From a virus: a DNA stretch of 64,000 nucleotides. The stretch's first letter is position 1. The number at the start of each line of letters is the position of its first letter. Position numbers and translations under genes: made by a program. Positions 1 through 7,648 of this stretch are shown here, in pieces. The DNA lies in IMG/VR virus record IMGVR_UViG_3300025732_000021, positions 32,001 to 96,000 of that record. One strand, given 5' to 3'. The notes below the pieces were generated by a model that was not told the origin of the DNA, searched no databases, and was given only the letters and a program-made list of their open reading frames with translations.

Positions 1-165
1 TTGCTAATTGAAAAAGGTATCTGCGTGACAGATAACATCTGCGTATTCTGTTCACTACAAATGGACGGGTGGGATAGCATCTGTCGTAGATGTAGAGAAT
101 ACAAAGGTGTAATGAACATAGTAAAAGCCATAGAACACTATGACTTAGAAATTATTGGATACTAA
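1..165 (+). CDS. 5'-truncated small zinc-finger protein
   Basis: Frame 1 is open from base 1 to TAA at 163-165: ...CVFC...CRRCREYKG (two CxxC); not in the ORF track. Confidence 0.6.
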   Translation: MLIEKGICVTDNICVFCSLQMDGWDSICRRCREYKGVMNIVKAIEHYDLEIIGY

Positions 166-182
166 AGAAAGGTAAATAAATA

Positions 183-392
183 ATGTCTATTGAAATTTTT
201 GAAATGAATAAAAGCGGTGCTGGTTGGGTATCGCTAGAAAATGCTTCTGCTGATACTAAATTAGATTTAGAATTAGCAATACTAACAAAAGCAGAAATGA
301 AAATGCTCTGCTTCAAATGCCATGTTGAAATCCCTCGTGGTAATGTTTGCGTAAATCATAAAAATGTAAAAGGAGCAATTTACTTTGAATAA
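183..392 (+). CDS. hypothetical early protein with C-terminal Cys/His motif
   Basis: GAAAGG SD upstream; CFKC...CVNH. Confidence 0.7.
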   Translation: MSIEIFEMNKSGAGWVSLENASADTKLDLELAILTKAEMKMLCFKCHVEIPRGNVCVNHKNVKGAIYFE

Positions 393-411
393 AATGAAAG
401 GAGTAACTAAA

Positions 412-534
412 ATGGTTACAGAAAAAGTAAAACGAATTCAAGAATTGCGTCGTAGCAATGCTGCAACAGCAATTCCTTCAAAGAAAAAATATTCACGAAA
501 AGTAAAACACAAAAATAAATTTACTGATTTGTGA
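412..534 (+). CDS. small basic protein (40 aa) with ArfA-like tail
   Basis: AAGGAG SD; MVTEKVKRIQELRRSNAATAIPSKKKYSRKVKHKNKFTDL; translated by hand. Confidence 0.6.
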   Translation: MVTEKVKRIQELRRSNAATAIPSKKKYSRKVKHKNKFTDL

Positions 535-585
535 TCACAAAAATTTGCCGACCCCCGCGTTCGGGCGTGTCGCATTTACGGGGTT

Positions 586-601
586 TGTGATTTTTCTCAC
601 A
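586..601. promoter_or_regulatory. CRP/GlxR-type box
   Basis: TGTGA-TTTTTC-TCACA, perfect TGTGA-N6-TCACA, about 40 bp upstream of the -35 at 643. Confidence 0.6.
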
Positions 602-642
602 AAAATAATTTCAAAAATGTCCGATTTATCCGCATTTTGGAT

Positions 643-671
643 TTGATTTTGTCAGATAAAAATGCTAAACT
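643..671 (+). promoter_or_regulatory. sigma-A-type early promoter
   Basis: TTGATT-17 bp-TAAACT with TG extended -10. Confidence 0.7.
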
Positions 672-702
672 TACAGAGTAAGAAAATGAAAGAAGGTAAA
701 AA

Positions 703-903
703 ATGAGTGCTAATTTATACTCAATTCCAAGCCTATTAGTAGGCAAAACTTATCGTTCCAATTCCCTTGTTGGAGAAATTGTATCAGCAGAAAAACACCC
801 TGCTTGCGTATGGTATGAAAACGCTGAGGCGTATCTTGTTGAAGTTAGAAATCAAAATGGCGGTTATGCTTACCGCACACTAGCAGTTAGGAATGATGAA
901 TAA
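703..903 (+). CDS. small beta-rich early protein, paralog of 1790..1990
   Basis: YSIxxLLVGxxYRxxS...GEIxxAEK shared with 1790..1990; SD present. Confidence 0.75.
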   Translation: MSANLYSIPSLLVGKTYRSNSLVGEIVSAEKHPACVWYENAEAYLVEVRNQNGGYAYRTLAVRNDE

Positions 904-1015
904 TGAAATTAGATGAATTCAAGGCTCTCATTGAAACACAGCGAAAAGCGCAAAAATTGACAAACCTAGAAAAAATTGCTAAAATAGTAAAAACGAAAGA
1001 AAAGGAAAATAACTA

Positions 1016-1270
1016 ATGACTAACGCAACCTATACAGACTACCCATTCACCTCTAATGGTGTAAATTTTATCTCTCGCATTGCTGACCATTCGCCATTCT
1101 TAGGCGCTATCAAAAACCTGCCTGCGGATGTATTTATTCAGATGAACATTCAAGCAGTAACAGAAATGCTTGGTGACGCTTCACTATTTACTCGTGATGA
1201 ATTACTTGCTGAACTCGATAGAGTAAATGAGGGAGCCACTCACTCATGGATTTTGTTAGGAGATGAATAG
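1016..1270 (+). CDS. hypothetical early protein
   Basis: AAAGGA SD, protein-like composition. Confidence 0.7.
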   Translation: MTNATYTDYPFTSNGVNFISRIADHSPFLGAIKNLPADVFIQMNIQAVTEMLGDASLFTRDELLAELDRVNEGATHSWILLGDE

Positions 1271-1463
1271 AATGACGCTAACTAAAACACATTTCAAGGC
1301 TATCGCTTCAATCCTCGCAGATGTAAAAGATGAAATTCATCCGCAAGTCTATGAGGATTTGGTAGAAGGCTTTTCAACTTATTTCGGAACTAAAAACGAA
1401 TTATTTGATAAGGCAAAATTCGAAACTGCTTGCGGTGTTGATGAGTTAGGAATTATTTCATGA
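1263..1463 (+). CDS. hypothetical phage protein (TKxHFxAIA...F...F..ACG type)
   Basis: Overlaps the upstream stop; motif pattern common in small phage proteins. Confidence 0.7.
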   Translation: MNRMTLTKTHFKAIASILADVKDEIHPQVYEDLVEGFSTYFGTKNELFDKAKFETACGVDELGIIS

Positions 1464-1650
1464 CAAGATTTCTAACTACACTTGTTCAAATTTCGTTATG
1501 GCTTTCAATTTATTTTATAATTAAAATTGCCAAAAAAGAAATTTAAATTTAAAACATGCGAAATCTGCGGTAGAATTTTTGTCGCAGATCTAAAATGTTT
1601 TGTATGCGCTGCTAAACAATAGTTGAACTTTCAACAAAAATGTCGGCCCC

Positions 1651-1670
1651 TTATCCACAGGTTATCCACA
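1651..1670 (+). promoter_or_regulatory. two tandem perfect DnaA boxes
   Basis: TTATCCACA-GG-TTATCCACA (11-bp period) in an intergenic region. Confidence 0.65.
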
Positions 1671-1730
1671 GGCTGTTAAGATGTGATTAAAAACACACCC
1701 AAAATTTTTCTTAAATTACGGCGTGTCGAT

Positions 1731-1759
1731 TTGATTTTATAAAATAAAAATGATAGGCT
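1731..1759 (+). promoter_or_regulatory. early promoter
   Basis: TTGATT-17 bp-TAGGCT, TG extension. Confidence 0.65.
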
Positions 1760-1789
1760 AGAAGCCTGAAAATAAAGAAAGGAAATTCA

Positions 1790-1990
1790 ATGAGAAGTTA
1801 TTCAATTGAAGATTTACTTGTAGGTCAGTATTATAGACCTACCTCTTATGCCCGTAAATTTCAGGGCGGAGAAATAAACTTTGCTGAAAAGCGAGATGAT
1901 GTATGGGTAGGTACTGATTATCAGGCTTATTCAATTAGGTTCAATGGCTCTAAATGGGCTACTATTGCGGTTCGTGTGTCTGACTTGTAA
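1790..1990 (+). CDS. small beta-rich early protein, paralog of 703..903
   Basis: Shared N-terminal motif; AAAGAAAGGA SD. Confidence 0.75.
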   Translation: MRSYSIEDLLVGQYYRPTSYARKFQGGEINFAEKRDDVWVGTDYQAYSIRFNGSKWATIAVRVSDL

Positions 1991-2013
1991 TTGTCAGACC
2001 ACTATGGTAAGAT
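1985..2013 (+). promoter_or_regulatory. early promoter
   Basis: TTGTAA-17 bp-TAAGAT, TG extension. Confidence 0.55.
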
Positions 2014-2038
2014 TTTTATATAAAGAAAGGAAATAAAA

Positions 2039-2251
2039 ATGGATAAATTGGAATACGCACTACGCACAATTCAGAATTGTAATTTGTGTAATGGAAAAGG
2101 TGTTGATTACTTCGGTAATGGAGATGCCTATGATTTTGAGGATTGTATTTGTAATCCTTATGGGCTAATCTTAGATGAAGATGGCTCAGTTATTTTTGAC
2201 AATGGCTTACTAAGTGAGCCTGAACTATTTGCTACTATGGAGGCTAACTAA
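2039..2251 (+). CDS. small zinc-finger protein
   Basis: CNLCNGKG...CIC (DnaJ-like CxxCxGxG repeat). Confidence 0.7.
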   Translation: MDKLEYALRTIQNCNLCNGKGVDYFGNGDAYDFEDCICNPYGLILDEDGSVIFDNGLLSEPELFATMEAN

Positions 2252-2252
2252 A

Positions 2253-2534
2253 ATGGGAAGTAATTTTGCTAATGATTTATCAGACATGGATAATTTAGAC
2301 ATTGAACAACAGATAGGAATTCACTTATCTGCTAATCACTACCCGCCCGTTCCTAAGTCTATGGTTCAGCCTTGTGTTGAGGCTATTGACATGGTTAATG
2401 ATTTAGGACTATGGGACGCTTACATTACCCTGCCAGAAGGCATATCGTGGCAAGGTAAGAATTTTGCCCCTGCTTCTGCTATTATTGAAGCACACCACCT
2501 AGATGCGTGGATTATTGAAAGAGAGGAATACTAA
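2253..2534 (+). CDS. hypothetical phage protein
   Basis: GGAGG SD before ATG 2253; HLSANHYPPVP motif. Confidence 0.7.
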   Translation: MGSNFANDLSDMDNLDIEQQIGIHLSANHYPPVPKSMVQPCVEAIDMVNDLGLWDAYITLPEGISWQGKNFAPASAIIEAHHLDAWIIEREEY

Positions 2535-2535
2535 A

Positions 2536-2745
2536 ATGGAATACACTTATGCGCTTACTACTTCGTATGACGGAGAATTGGTAAATACTATGCGAGTATC
2601 AGATATGCTAACTGCTGTTGATGCGTGGGAAAAATGCGTGGACTTTGGAGATGCTAAAGAATACGCAACCTATAATCTATCTGACCCAACAGGTAAAATG
2701 TATACAAAAACTTTTTATCGTAACGGAGAGGTTGTTATTCGATAA
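2536..2745 (+). CDS. hypothetical early protein
   Basis: GAGG SD; follows the previous stop directly. Confidence 0.65.
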   Translation: MEYTYALTTSYDGELVNTMRVSDMLTAVDAWEKCVDFGDAKEYATYNLSDPTGKMYTKTFYRNGEVVIR

Positions 2746-2973
2746 ATGTCTGATACAATGATGAACATGGAACTTGTCTTTGCTGATTATCTTCTGCCAA
2801 ACCAATTGGCGGAAGGTGATCTAATAAAGGTCGATGAACAATATCTAACAGTAAAAGAAATATCAGAAACTAAAGAAGGTTTCAATTTAGTTTTACTTGA
2901 TGACTTTGATGATGAGGTTGAGACCTTTGTTGGTGATGATGATAAACTTGAGTGGTATGTTTTTATAGAATAA
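2746..2973 (+). CDS. acidic small protein, possible KOW/SH3-like barrel
   Basis: QLAEGDLIKVD...TVKEI pattern; abuts the previous stop. Confidence 0.65.
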   Translation: MSDTMMNMELVFADYLLPNQLAEGDLIKVDEQYLTVKEISETKEGFNLVLLDDFDDEVETFVGDDDKLEWYVFIE

Positions 2974-3097
2974 ACATTCACATAATGAAAATGCAATATA
3001 TATTTTTAGCATGGATGATATTGTTCTTTTTTCTTATTCAATAAATCCCCGCAAAAGTGCTCGGCCCGCAAAACATAGATTTGTCAAGTTACGACTT

Positions 3098-3113
3098 TGT
3101 GATTAAGGTCACA
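3098..3113. promoter_or_regulatory. CRP/GlxR-type box
   Basis: TGTGA-TTAAGG-TCACA, about 30 bp upstream of the -35 at 3144. Confidence 0.6.
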
Positions 3114-3143
3114 TTAAAAAACCTCCCAAAATCCCCCCTTGAT

Positions 3144-3172
3144 TTGTATTTCTTGTATTTTTTTGCTAAACT
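3144..3172 (+). promoter_or_regulatory. early promoter
   Basis: TTGTAT-17 bp-TAAACT, TG extension. Confidence 0.6.
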
Positions 3173-3204
3173 TATACTAAGACCCAAAACAGAAAGGAAA
3201 ACAA

Positions 3205-3372
3205 ATGACACTAGGCGGATACACTTATCAGGTAGGCGATTTATTCACTACTAGCAAGACAGGTGTTACAGGTCGTATTGAGAAGTTCGTTCCAATGCGC
3301 CACAATGTTACAAAGGTCATGCTTCGCTTGGCAAATAATCAAACTAGATTTGCTATGGTCAAAACCTACTAA
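3205..3372 (+). CDS. 55-aa SH3/KOW-like protein (missed by the ORF track)
   Basis: GAAAGGA SD; MTLGGYTYQVGDLFTTSKTGVTGRIEKFVP...; paralog of 3471..3638. Confidence 0.75.
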   Translation: MTLGGYTYQVGDLFTTSKTGVTGRIEKFVPMRHNVTKVMLRLANNQTRFAMVKTY

Positions 3373-3403
3373 TCTCAAAATGTGAGAAATGTCAGGTTTC
3401 GAC

Positions 3404-3432
3404 TTGACATTATCTCTCAAAAATGTCATAAT
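3404..3432 (+). promoter_or_regulatory. early promoter
   Basis: TTGACA-17 bp-CATAAT, TG extension. Confidence 0.65.
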
Positions 3433-3470
3433 AATACAAGTAATAACAACAACTAATAAAGGAGAAAGAA

Positions 3471-3638
3471 ATGGCAGTAAAGAACGCACAATACAAGGTT
3501 GGCGACACCTACACCTCACAGAAGTCAAAGGTGACAGGCGTTATCACAGAAATCAAGCCAAACACAGACGGAACTTCTGTTCGTGTCAAACTTGATGTCA
3601 ATGGCACACCTCGCTGGACTACTTGGACAGCAAAGTAA
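3471..3638 (+). CDS. 55-aa SH3/KOW-like protein (missed by the ORF track)
   Basis: AAGGAG SD; MAVKNAQYKVGDTYTSQKSKVTGVITEIKP...; paralog of 3205..3372. Confidence 0.75.
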   Translation: MAVKNAQYKVGDTYTSQKSKVTGVITEIKPNTDGTSVRVKLDVNGTPRWTTWTAK

Positions 3639-3655
3639 TTTAGCAAACGCTAACG

Positions 3656-3685
3656 CCACCTGAGCAAGTGGAGGCTAAACTGCTC
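3656..3685 (+). ncRNA. pseudoknot RNA motif, copy 1
   Basis: CCAC-CT-GAGCA-A-GTGG-AGGCTAAAC-TGCTC. Confidence 0.7.
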
Positions 3686-3687
3686 AC

Positions 3688-3716
3688 TTGATTTTCTATC
3701 GTAGAAATGCTATGAT
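3688..3716 (+). promoter_or_regulatory. early promoter
   Basis: TTGATT-17 bp-TATGAT, TG extension. Confidence 0.7.
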
Positions 3717-3755
3717 AGTGTAAGACCCAAAAACCCAAAAAGAAAGGAAACACCA

Positions 3756-4178
3756 ATGGCTAGAAATGGCAAAGCGATAAATGTAAAAATCGCTACAACT
3801 AAGGTTATCAAGGCACTAGAAAGCGCACTTGATAAACTAAATAAAGACTTCGCTTCACAAGAGGCGAACGAAGCAAAGCACGACAAGGCAGTAAAGGCTT
3901 GGAACAAGGAAGTCGCTAAATTAGCACTTGATAAAATTGCTAAGGCAGAGGACTTATCTGCTCATAAGAGATACAATAACGAAATCCAAGTATCTTTCTC
4001 TCTACCTGCTGGAACTATCACGCTACCTGATGAACCCAAGAAAGACTATGTGTCTATTCATGAGTGGCAGTATCGTGAGCAGAAAGAGGAAATTGAGAAC
4101 GCAATTCGTATTCTCAAGATGACAGATGAGGAAGTAGTTTCTACTTCTACTTACAACGCTATCGCAAGATACTTGTAA
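3756..4178 (+). CDS. hypothetical coiled-coil early protein
   Basis: AAAGAAAGGA SD; 140 aa, helical. Confidence 0.8.
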   Translation: MARNGKAINVKIATTKVIKALESALDKLNKDFASQEANEAKHDKAVKAWNKEVAKLALDKIAKAEDLSAHKRYNNEIQVSFSLPAGTITLPDEPKKDYVSIHEWQYREQKEEIENAIRILKMTDEEVVSTSTYNAIARYL

Positions 4179-4184
4179 AATTAC

Positions 4185-4211
4185 TTTCCTGAGCATGAAA
4201 TAAAACTGCTT
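4185..4211 (+). ncRNA. pseudoknot RNA motif, copy 2
   Basis: TTTC-CT-GAGCA-T-GAAA-TAAAAC-TGCTT. Confidence 0.7.
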
Positions 4212-4288
4212 AAAGTTTTTCTCTCCTGATAAGCACTACTAAACAATGAAGTGATCGCAGGGTCCTTGTAGTTATTCCTGGAGAGATT

Positions 4289-4351
4289 GTCATAGCAGGT
4301 TTTGAATGTGTAATCGCAATTGCCCCTGCTATGACCACCCCCCCTTTTTTT
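4289..4351 (+). terminator. long hairpin with a downstream T-tract
   Basis: GTCATAGCAGG...CCTGCTATGAC 11-bp stem, then a C-run and T7. Confidence 0.5.
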
Positions 4352-4363
4352 GGGGCCGATCCG

Positions 4364-4379
4364 TGTGATGTAAATCACA
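4364..4379. promoter_or_regulatory. CRP/GlxR-type box
   Basis: TGTGA-TGTAAA-TCACA, upstream of the -35 at 4412. Confidence 0.6.
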
Positions 4380-4411
4380 GTCCATTATGTGAGATTATTT
4401 ACGACTTTGAT

Positions 4412-4440
4412 TTGTATTTCTGCCCTAAAAATGATATTAT
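4412..4440 (+). promoter_or_regulatory. early promoter
   Basis: TTGTAT-17 bp-TATTAT, TG extension. Confidence 0.6.
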
Positions 4441-4466
4441 TAGATTATAGAAAGAAAGGAAACAAA

Positions 4467-4742
4467 ATGATAGCAACAATGCTAGAACTACAAAACGCAA
4501 CACAAGAAGCGGTTCATGATGAAATCATAATGAGCATGGCTTCTGCTATTTATCATCACAAAGACGAAATGTCATCAGAGGAATTCGCTAGGGCTTTATT
4601 TGAGTATTCCGCAGCACTTTCAGCAATGACAACTACACTCGTGACCCATGTATTATTGACAGAATCAGAATTAGGTGTTATGCTTGATACTATTAGAGAA
4701 TTTGATGAACTAGGAAAGGATATCACAAATGGAGACAACTAA
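4467..4742 (+). CDS. hypothetical helical protein
   Basis: GAAAGAAAGGA SD at 4450-4460 fixes the start at 4467. Confidence 0.75.
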   Translation: MIATMLELQNATQEAVHDEIIMSMASAIYHHKDEMSSEEFARALFEYSAALSAMTTTLVTHVLLTESELGVMLDTIREFDELGKDITNGDN

Positions 4743-5187
4743 CGAAGTACTGGTACCTGAGCACTACAATGCAAATCAACTTGTAACTTATAAGAAGATT
4801 GAAAATGATGTAGTATCATTTCCTACTATCAAGGTTAATGACCTTGAATGGGAACTGGACCGTAAGCGCTTATTGCAAAAACAAATCGATGAACTTAATT
4901 ATACAATTAGTCGAATCACCGATAACATGACTGAGGAATCCTGGTATAACCCAAATACAGAGGCTGCAGAAATTTTAAATGATTTGTGTGAAATCCTTGG
5001 CCATAATCCAGTGAAGACAATTGATTTCACTGCAAACGTAACAATTAATGGTCAAATTGATATTCCAATGAATGAGGTCGAAGATTTTGATTTAGATTCA
5101 TTTATCTTTGATGTTGTTTCAATTGACACATATCACGGTAATGTTGAAATTCATGATTGGGACGTAAATTCTGTAGAAGAGTGTTAA
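4729..5187 (+). CDS. acidic hypothetical protein
   Basis: GGAAAGGA SD, overlaps the previous gene; 152 aa, very acidic. Confidence 0.8.
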   Translation: METTNEVLVPEHYNANQLVTYKKIENDVVSFPTIKVNDLEWELDRKRLLQKQIDELNYTISRITDNMTEESWYNPNTEAAEILNDLCEILGHNPVKTIDFTANVTINGQIDIPMNEVEDFDLDSFIFDVVSIDTYHGNVEIHDWDVNSVEEC

Positions 5188-5191
5188 ATAT

Positions 5192-5261
5192 TTGCAGGGT
5201 TCATGAAAGGCCCTGCAATGTACGCAGCATCCCTCTTTCATCCTTTCTTTCAGGGATCTGC
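5192..5261 (+). ncRNA. tandem hairpins; the second displays an anti-SD-like loop
   Basis: TTGCAGGG...CCCTGCAA hairpin, then GCAG(c)ATCCCT-[CTTTCATCCTTTCTTTC]-AGGGATCTGC. Confidence 0.5.
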
Positions 5262-5264
5262 AAG

Positions 5265-5293
5265 GGACCTGAGCATGTCCACGTAAACTGCTC
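5265..5293 (+). ncRNA. pseudoknot RNA motif, copy 3
   Basis: GGAC-CT-GAGCA-T-GTCC-ACGTAAAC-TGCTC. Confidence 0.7.
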
Positions 5294-5372
5294 CCTTCCA
5301 AAAAGTGGTCGGCCCGTTTTGTACTAAATGTCCGTTTTACGTAGTTACGAGCAAATCGCCCAAATTCAGGAC

Positions 5373-5401
5373 TTGATTTTGTCAGCCCATTGTGCTAAGA
5401 T
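5373..5401 (+). promoter_or_regulatory. early promoter
   Basis: TTGATT-17 bp-TAAGAT, TG extension. Confidence 0.65.
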
Positions 5402-5432
5402 TAGAATAACTAAAAATAGAAAGGAAATAAAT

Positions 5433-6440
5433 ATGGCTCATGAATTAGAATCTGCTAATTCTTTCGCTTCATTCCGTGAACCTGCTTGGCATGGTTTAGG
5501 AACTGTTTTTCAGGAGGAAGTTACTACTGAAAAAATGTTAGAACTCGCTAACCTTGATGGTTGGAATGTTCGTCTTGAAGATGTAGAAATCCCATCTACT
5601 CTTACATCTGATAAATCTTATCAATATGTTGTGCGTGATAATCCATTCACAGCAAATCAAGTTGATGTTCTTGGTGTTGTAGGTGAGCGTTATGTCCCAC
5701 TACAAAATGAAGAACTATTCACATTCGGTGACGCAATTCTTGATGGCGGAGGTCGTTGGGAAACTGCTGGTTCATTGCGTAATGGTCGTGTTGTATTCGG
5801 TTCTCTCGCTCTTGAGCGTGAAACTGTTCTTGACCCAAATGGCGTAGCGGATAAAATCAAAACTTATCTTCTTGTCAATACATCACATGATGGCTCAATC
5901 GCTATTCAAGCAAGCGTAACACCTGTTCGTGTTGTATGCGCTAACACTCTCGCTGTTGCGTTAGGTCGCACTAAGAAAAAGAATGGTGTCAAGCAATCTT
6001 TCAAGATTCGCCACACACAATCTGCTGAGGGTAAGGTTCAACAGGCTCGTGAGGCTCTTGCTGTTGCTAATGCCTACATGGACGAATTTTCTATCATGGC
6101 TAAACTCATGATTGAAAAAGAAATCACAGCACAACAATTCAATGATATTGTTCTTGCTGCGTATCCTAAACCTGATGAAACTAAGAAAGGCGCACTTTCT
6201 AAGTGGACAAATAAAGTTGACCTAATCAATGATATTTACACAGGTGAATTCAATGGCATGATTGCTAATACAGCATGGGGTGCTTGGAACGCACTTACAG
6301 AACGAATCGATTGGTATCGTGGTGGTAAGCGTGGTCTTACTGAATCAATTCTAATGGGTTCAAGTGGTTTTGACCCTGCTATTACAGCAGAAAAAAATCG
6401 TTTGCTAAATGTTGTTCGCAACACTTTAGAATTAGTATAA
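5433..6440 (+). CDS. DUF932 / phage-plasmid TIGR03299-type protein
   Basis: MAHELE...PAWHGLG, ETAGSL..G..VF, NTSHDGS, TPVRVVCANTL, RHT, TAWGAWNALTE; GAAAGGA SD before 5433. Confidence 0.85.
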   Translation: MAHELESANSFASFREPAWHGLGTVFQEEVTTEKMLELANLDGWNVRLEDVEIPSTLTSDKSYQYVVRDNPFTANQVDVLGVVGERYVPLQNEELFTFGDAILDGGGRWETAGSLRNGRVVFGSLALERETVLDPNGVADKIKTYLLVNTSHDGSIAIQASVTPVRVVCANTLAVALGRTKKKNGVKQSFKIRHTQSAEGKVQQAREALAVANAYMDEFSIMAKLMIEKEITAQQFNDIVLAAYPKPDETKKGALSKWTNKVDLINDIYTGEFNGMIANTAWGAWNALTERIDWYRGGKRGLTESILMGSSGFDPAITAEKNRLLNVVRNTLELV

Positions 6441-6449
6441 ACTAATTCA

Positions 6450-6476
6450 ACTCCTGAGCATGAGTATAAACTGCTC
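6450..6476 (+). ncRNA. pseudoknot RNA motif, copy 4
   Basis: ACTC-CT-GAGCA-T-GAGT-ATAAAC-TGCTC followed by a T-rich tail. Confidence 0.7.
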
Positions 6477-6549
6477 AATTTTTTATTTGACAAAAGATCA
6501 AAAAAGTGGCCGACTAAAAATATCATCTAATGTTTTTATTACGTAGGAC

Positions 6550-6578
6550 TTGACTTTTCCCCCAAATTTTGGTATTCT
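6550..6578 (+). promoter_or_regulatory. early promoter (leaderless gene at 6585)
   Basis: TTGACT-17 bp-TATTCT, TG extension. Confidence 0.6.
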
Positions 6579-6584
6579 AAATTT

Positions 6585-6746
6585 ATGACCCAAACTAAAA
6601 CACCACTATATGTGGACGAACTAATAATGAAAATCTATGAGGATAATTATTCTCATTTTGATTTTATAGAAAACATGAATGGTGGAGATTGTGATTGTAA
6701 TCTTCATTTTGCTATCAACCTTATCTACGAATATGTGAGGGATTAA
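6585..6746 (+). CDS. hypothetical 53-aa protein
   Basis: MTQTKTPLYVDELIMKIY...GGDCDCNLH; ATG 6 nt after the -10 box. Confidence 0.55.
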   Translation: MTQTKTPLYVDELIMKIYEDNYSHFDFIENMNGGDCDCNLHFAINLIYEYVRD

Positions 6747-6907
6747 TGCTAGGATATACAGTTGAGCAGGTAGAGAATATGGCTACAGTTTTAAACTATT
6801 CTTTACATCATCATATTAAGGATACTAAGTTTGCAGAGGAAGACAAAGCAGTTCTTAGAGATCTAGAAGATTTATTACTAGGATTATTAGCAGAGGGACG
6901 TGTTTGA
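6746..6907 (+). CDS. hypothetical 53-aa protein
   Basis: TAATG overlap; MLGYTVEQV...LLAEGRV. Confidence 0.6.
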   Translation: MLGYTVEQVENMATVLNYSLHHHIKDTKFAEEDKAVLRDLEDLLLGLLAEGRV

Positions 6908-6932
6908 CATCCCCTTGATAATTTGCTAGAAT
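6904..6932 (+). promoter_or_regulatory. early promoter
   Basis: TTGACA-17 bp-TAGAAT, TG extension. Confidence 0.7.
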
Positions 6933-6961
6933 AATACAAGACCTAATAGAAAGGACCCACA

Positions 6962-7648
6962 ATGCCAAATTGGTGTTATAACTATCTATCTGCGGAGGGA
7001 CCTGTAGATGAGATATCAAAACTAAAACAACAACTCAATAAACCATTCACTAAGGTTCACGACCAATGGAATCCTGAGACTGGGCAAATGGAATTGACAG
7101 AAACAACATATTCAAATCCTATATTTGCATTTCATAACATCTATAACCATATTCAAGACGGTGTATCTGAAGAAGAGTACATCAAACAACCTGACCACTC
7201 ATTACCATTAGCAGAAGCATTGAAGTTTGAGGGTAATCATTGGTACGACTGGAATGTACGCCATTGGGGAACTAAATGGGACGTTGCTGTTCATGATGAT
7301 AGAGAGTATTCAGATACTGAGATAACAGATGAAAGCGATAGTTCTATTGGTTATAAATTCAATACCGCTTGGTCTCCACCACATCCTATTATTCATACGT
7401 TGTCAGAGCAATATCCTAATATAAAGTTTACCTTATCTTATGAAGAAGAAACAGGTTGGGGTGGCGAGACTATAATTGTTGCTGGTATGGAAGAATCACA
7501 CGAATCATACGGTTGGAAATGTAGAGAATGTGACCATGCTGAGGAAGAAACACCATACTGTGAAGAATGTGATTTTGACACATGCCCTTCGTGTGGGTAT
7601 AATGAAGCAGACGAACCATGCGAGGAGCACAGAGAGGAACATCAATGA
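6962..7648 (+). CDS. DUF1281/YubB-like ferredoxin-fold protein with C-terminal Cys-rich region
   Basis: MPNWCYN, WYDWNVRHWGTKWD, FNTAWSPP motifs; three CxxC at the C-terminus. Confidence 0.8.
   Translation: MPNWCYNYLSAEGPVDEISKLKQQLNKPFTKVHDQWNPETGQMELTETTYSNPIFAFHNIYNHIQDGVSEEEYIKQPDHSLPLAEALKFEGNHWYDWNVRHWGTKWDVAVHDDREYSDTEITDESDSSIGYKFNTAWSPPHPIIHTLSEQYPNIKFTLSYEEETGWGGETIIVAGMEESHESYGWKCRECDHAEEETPYCEECDFDTCPSCGYNEADEPCEEHREEHQ

Noticed and set aside
3057-3595. ORF-track entries 3057..3254, 3241..3528 and 3389..3595
   Set aside because: They overlap promoters and lack SD; the real genes are the SD-led 55-aa ORFs 3205..3372 and 3471..3638
3656-3685. Pseudoknot motif as a hammerhead or HDV/theta ribozyme
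   Set aside because: CUGA and AAAC resemble hammerhead core words, but CUGANGA/GAAA and the three-stem junction are absent; no nested double pseudoknot or tRNA adjacency
4756-4763. CCTGAGCA core of the pseudoknot motif (also at about 44032 and about 48960 minus)
   Set aside because: Inside coding sequence, with no P1 complement and no downstream AAAC-TGCTC
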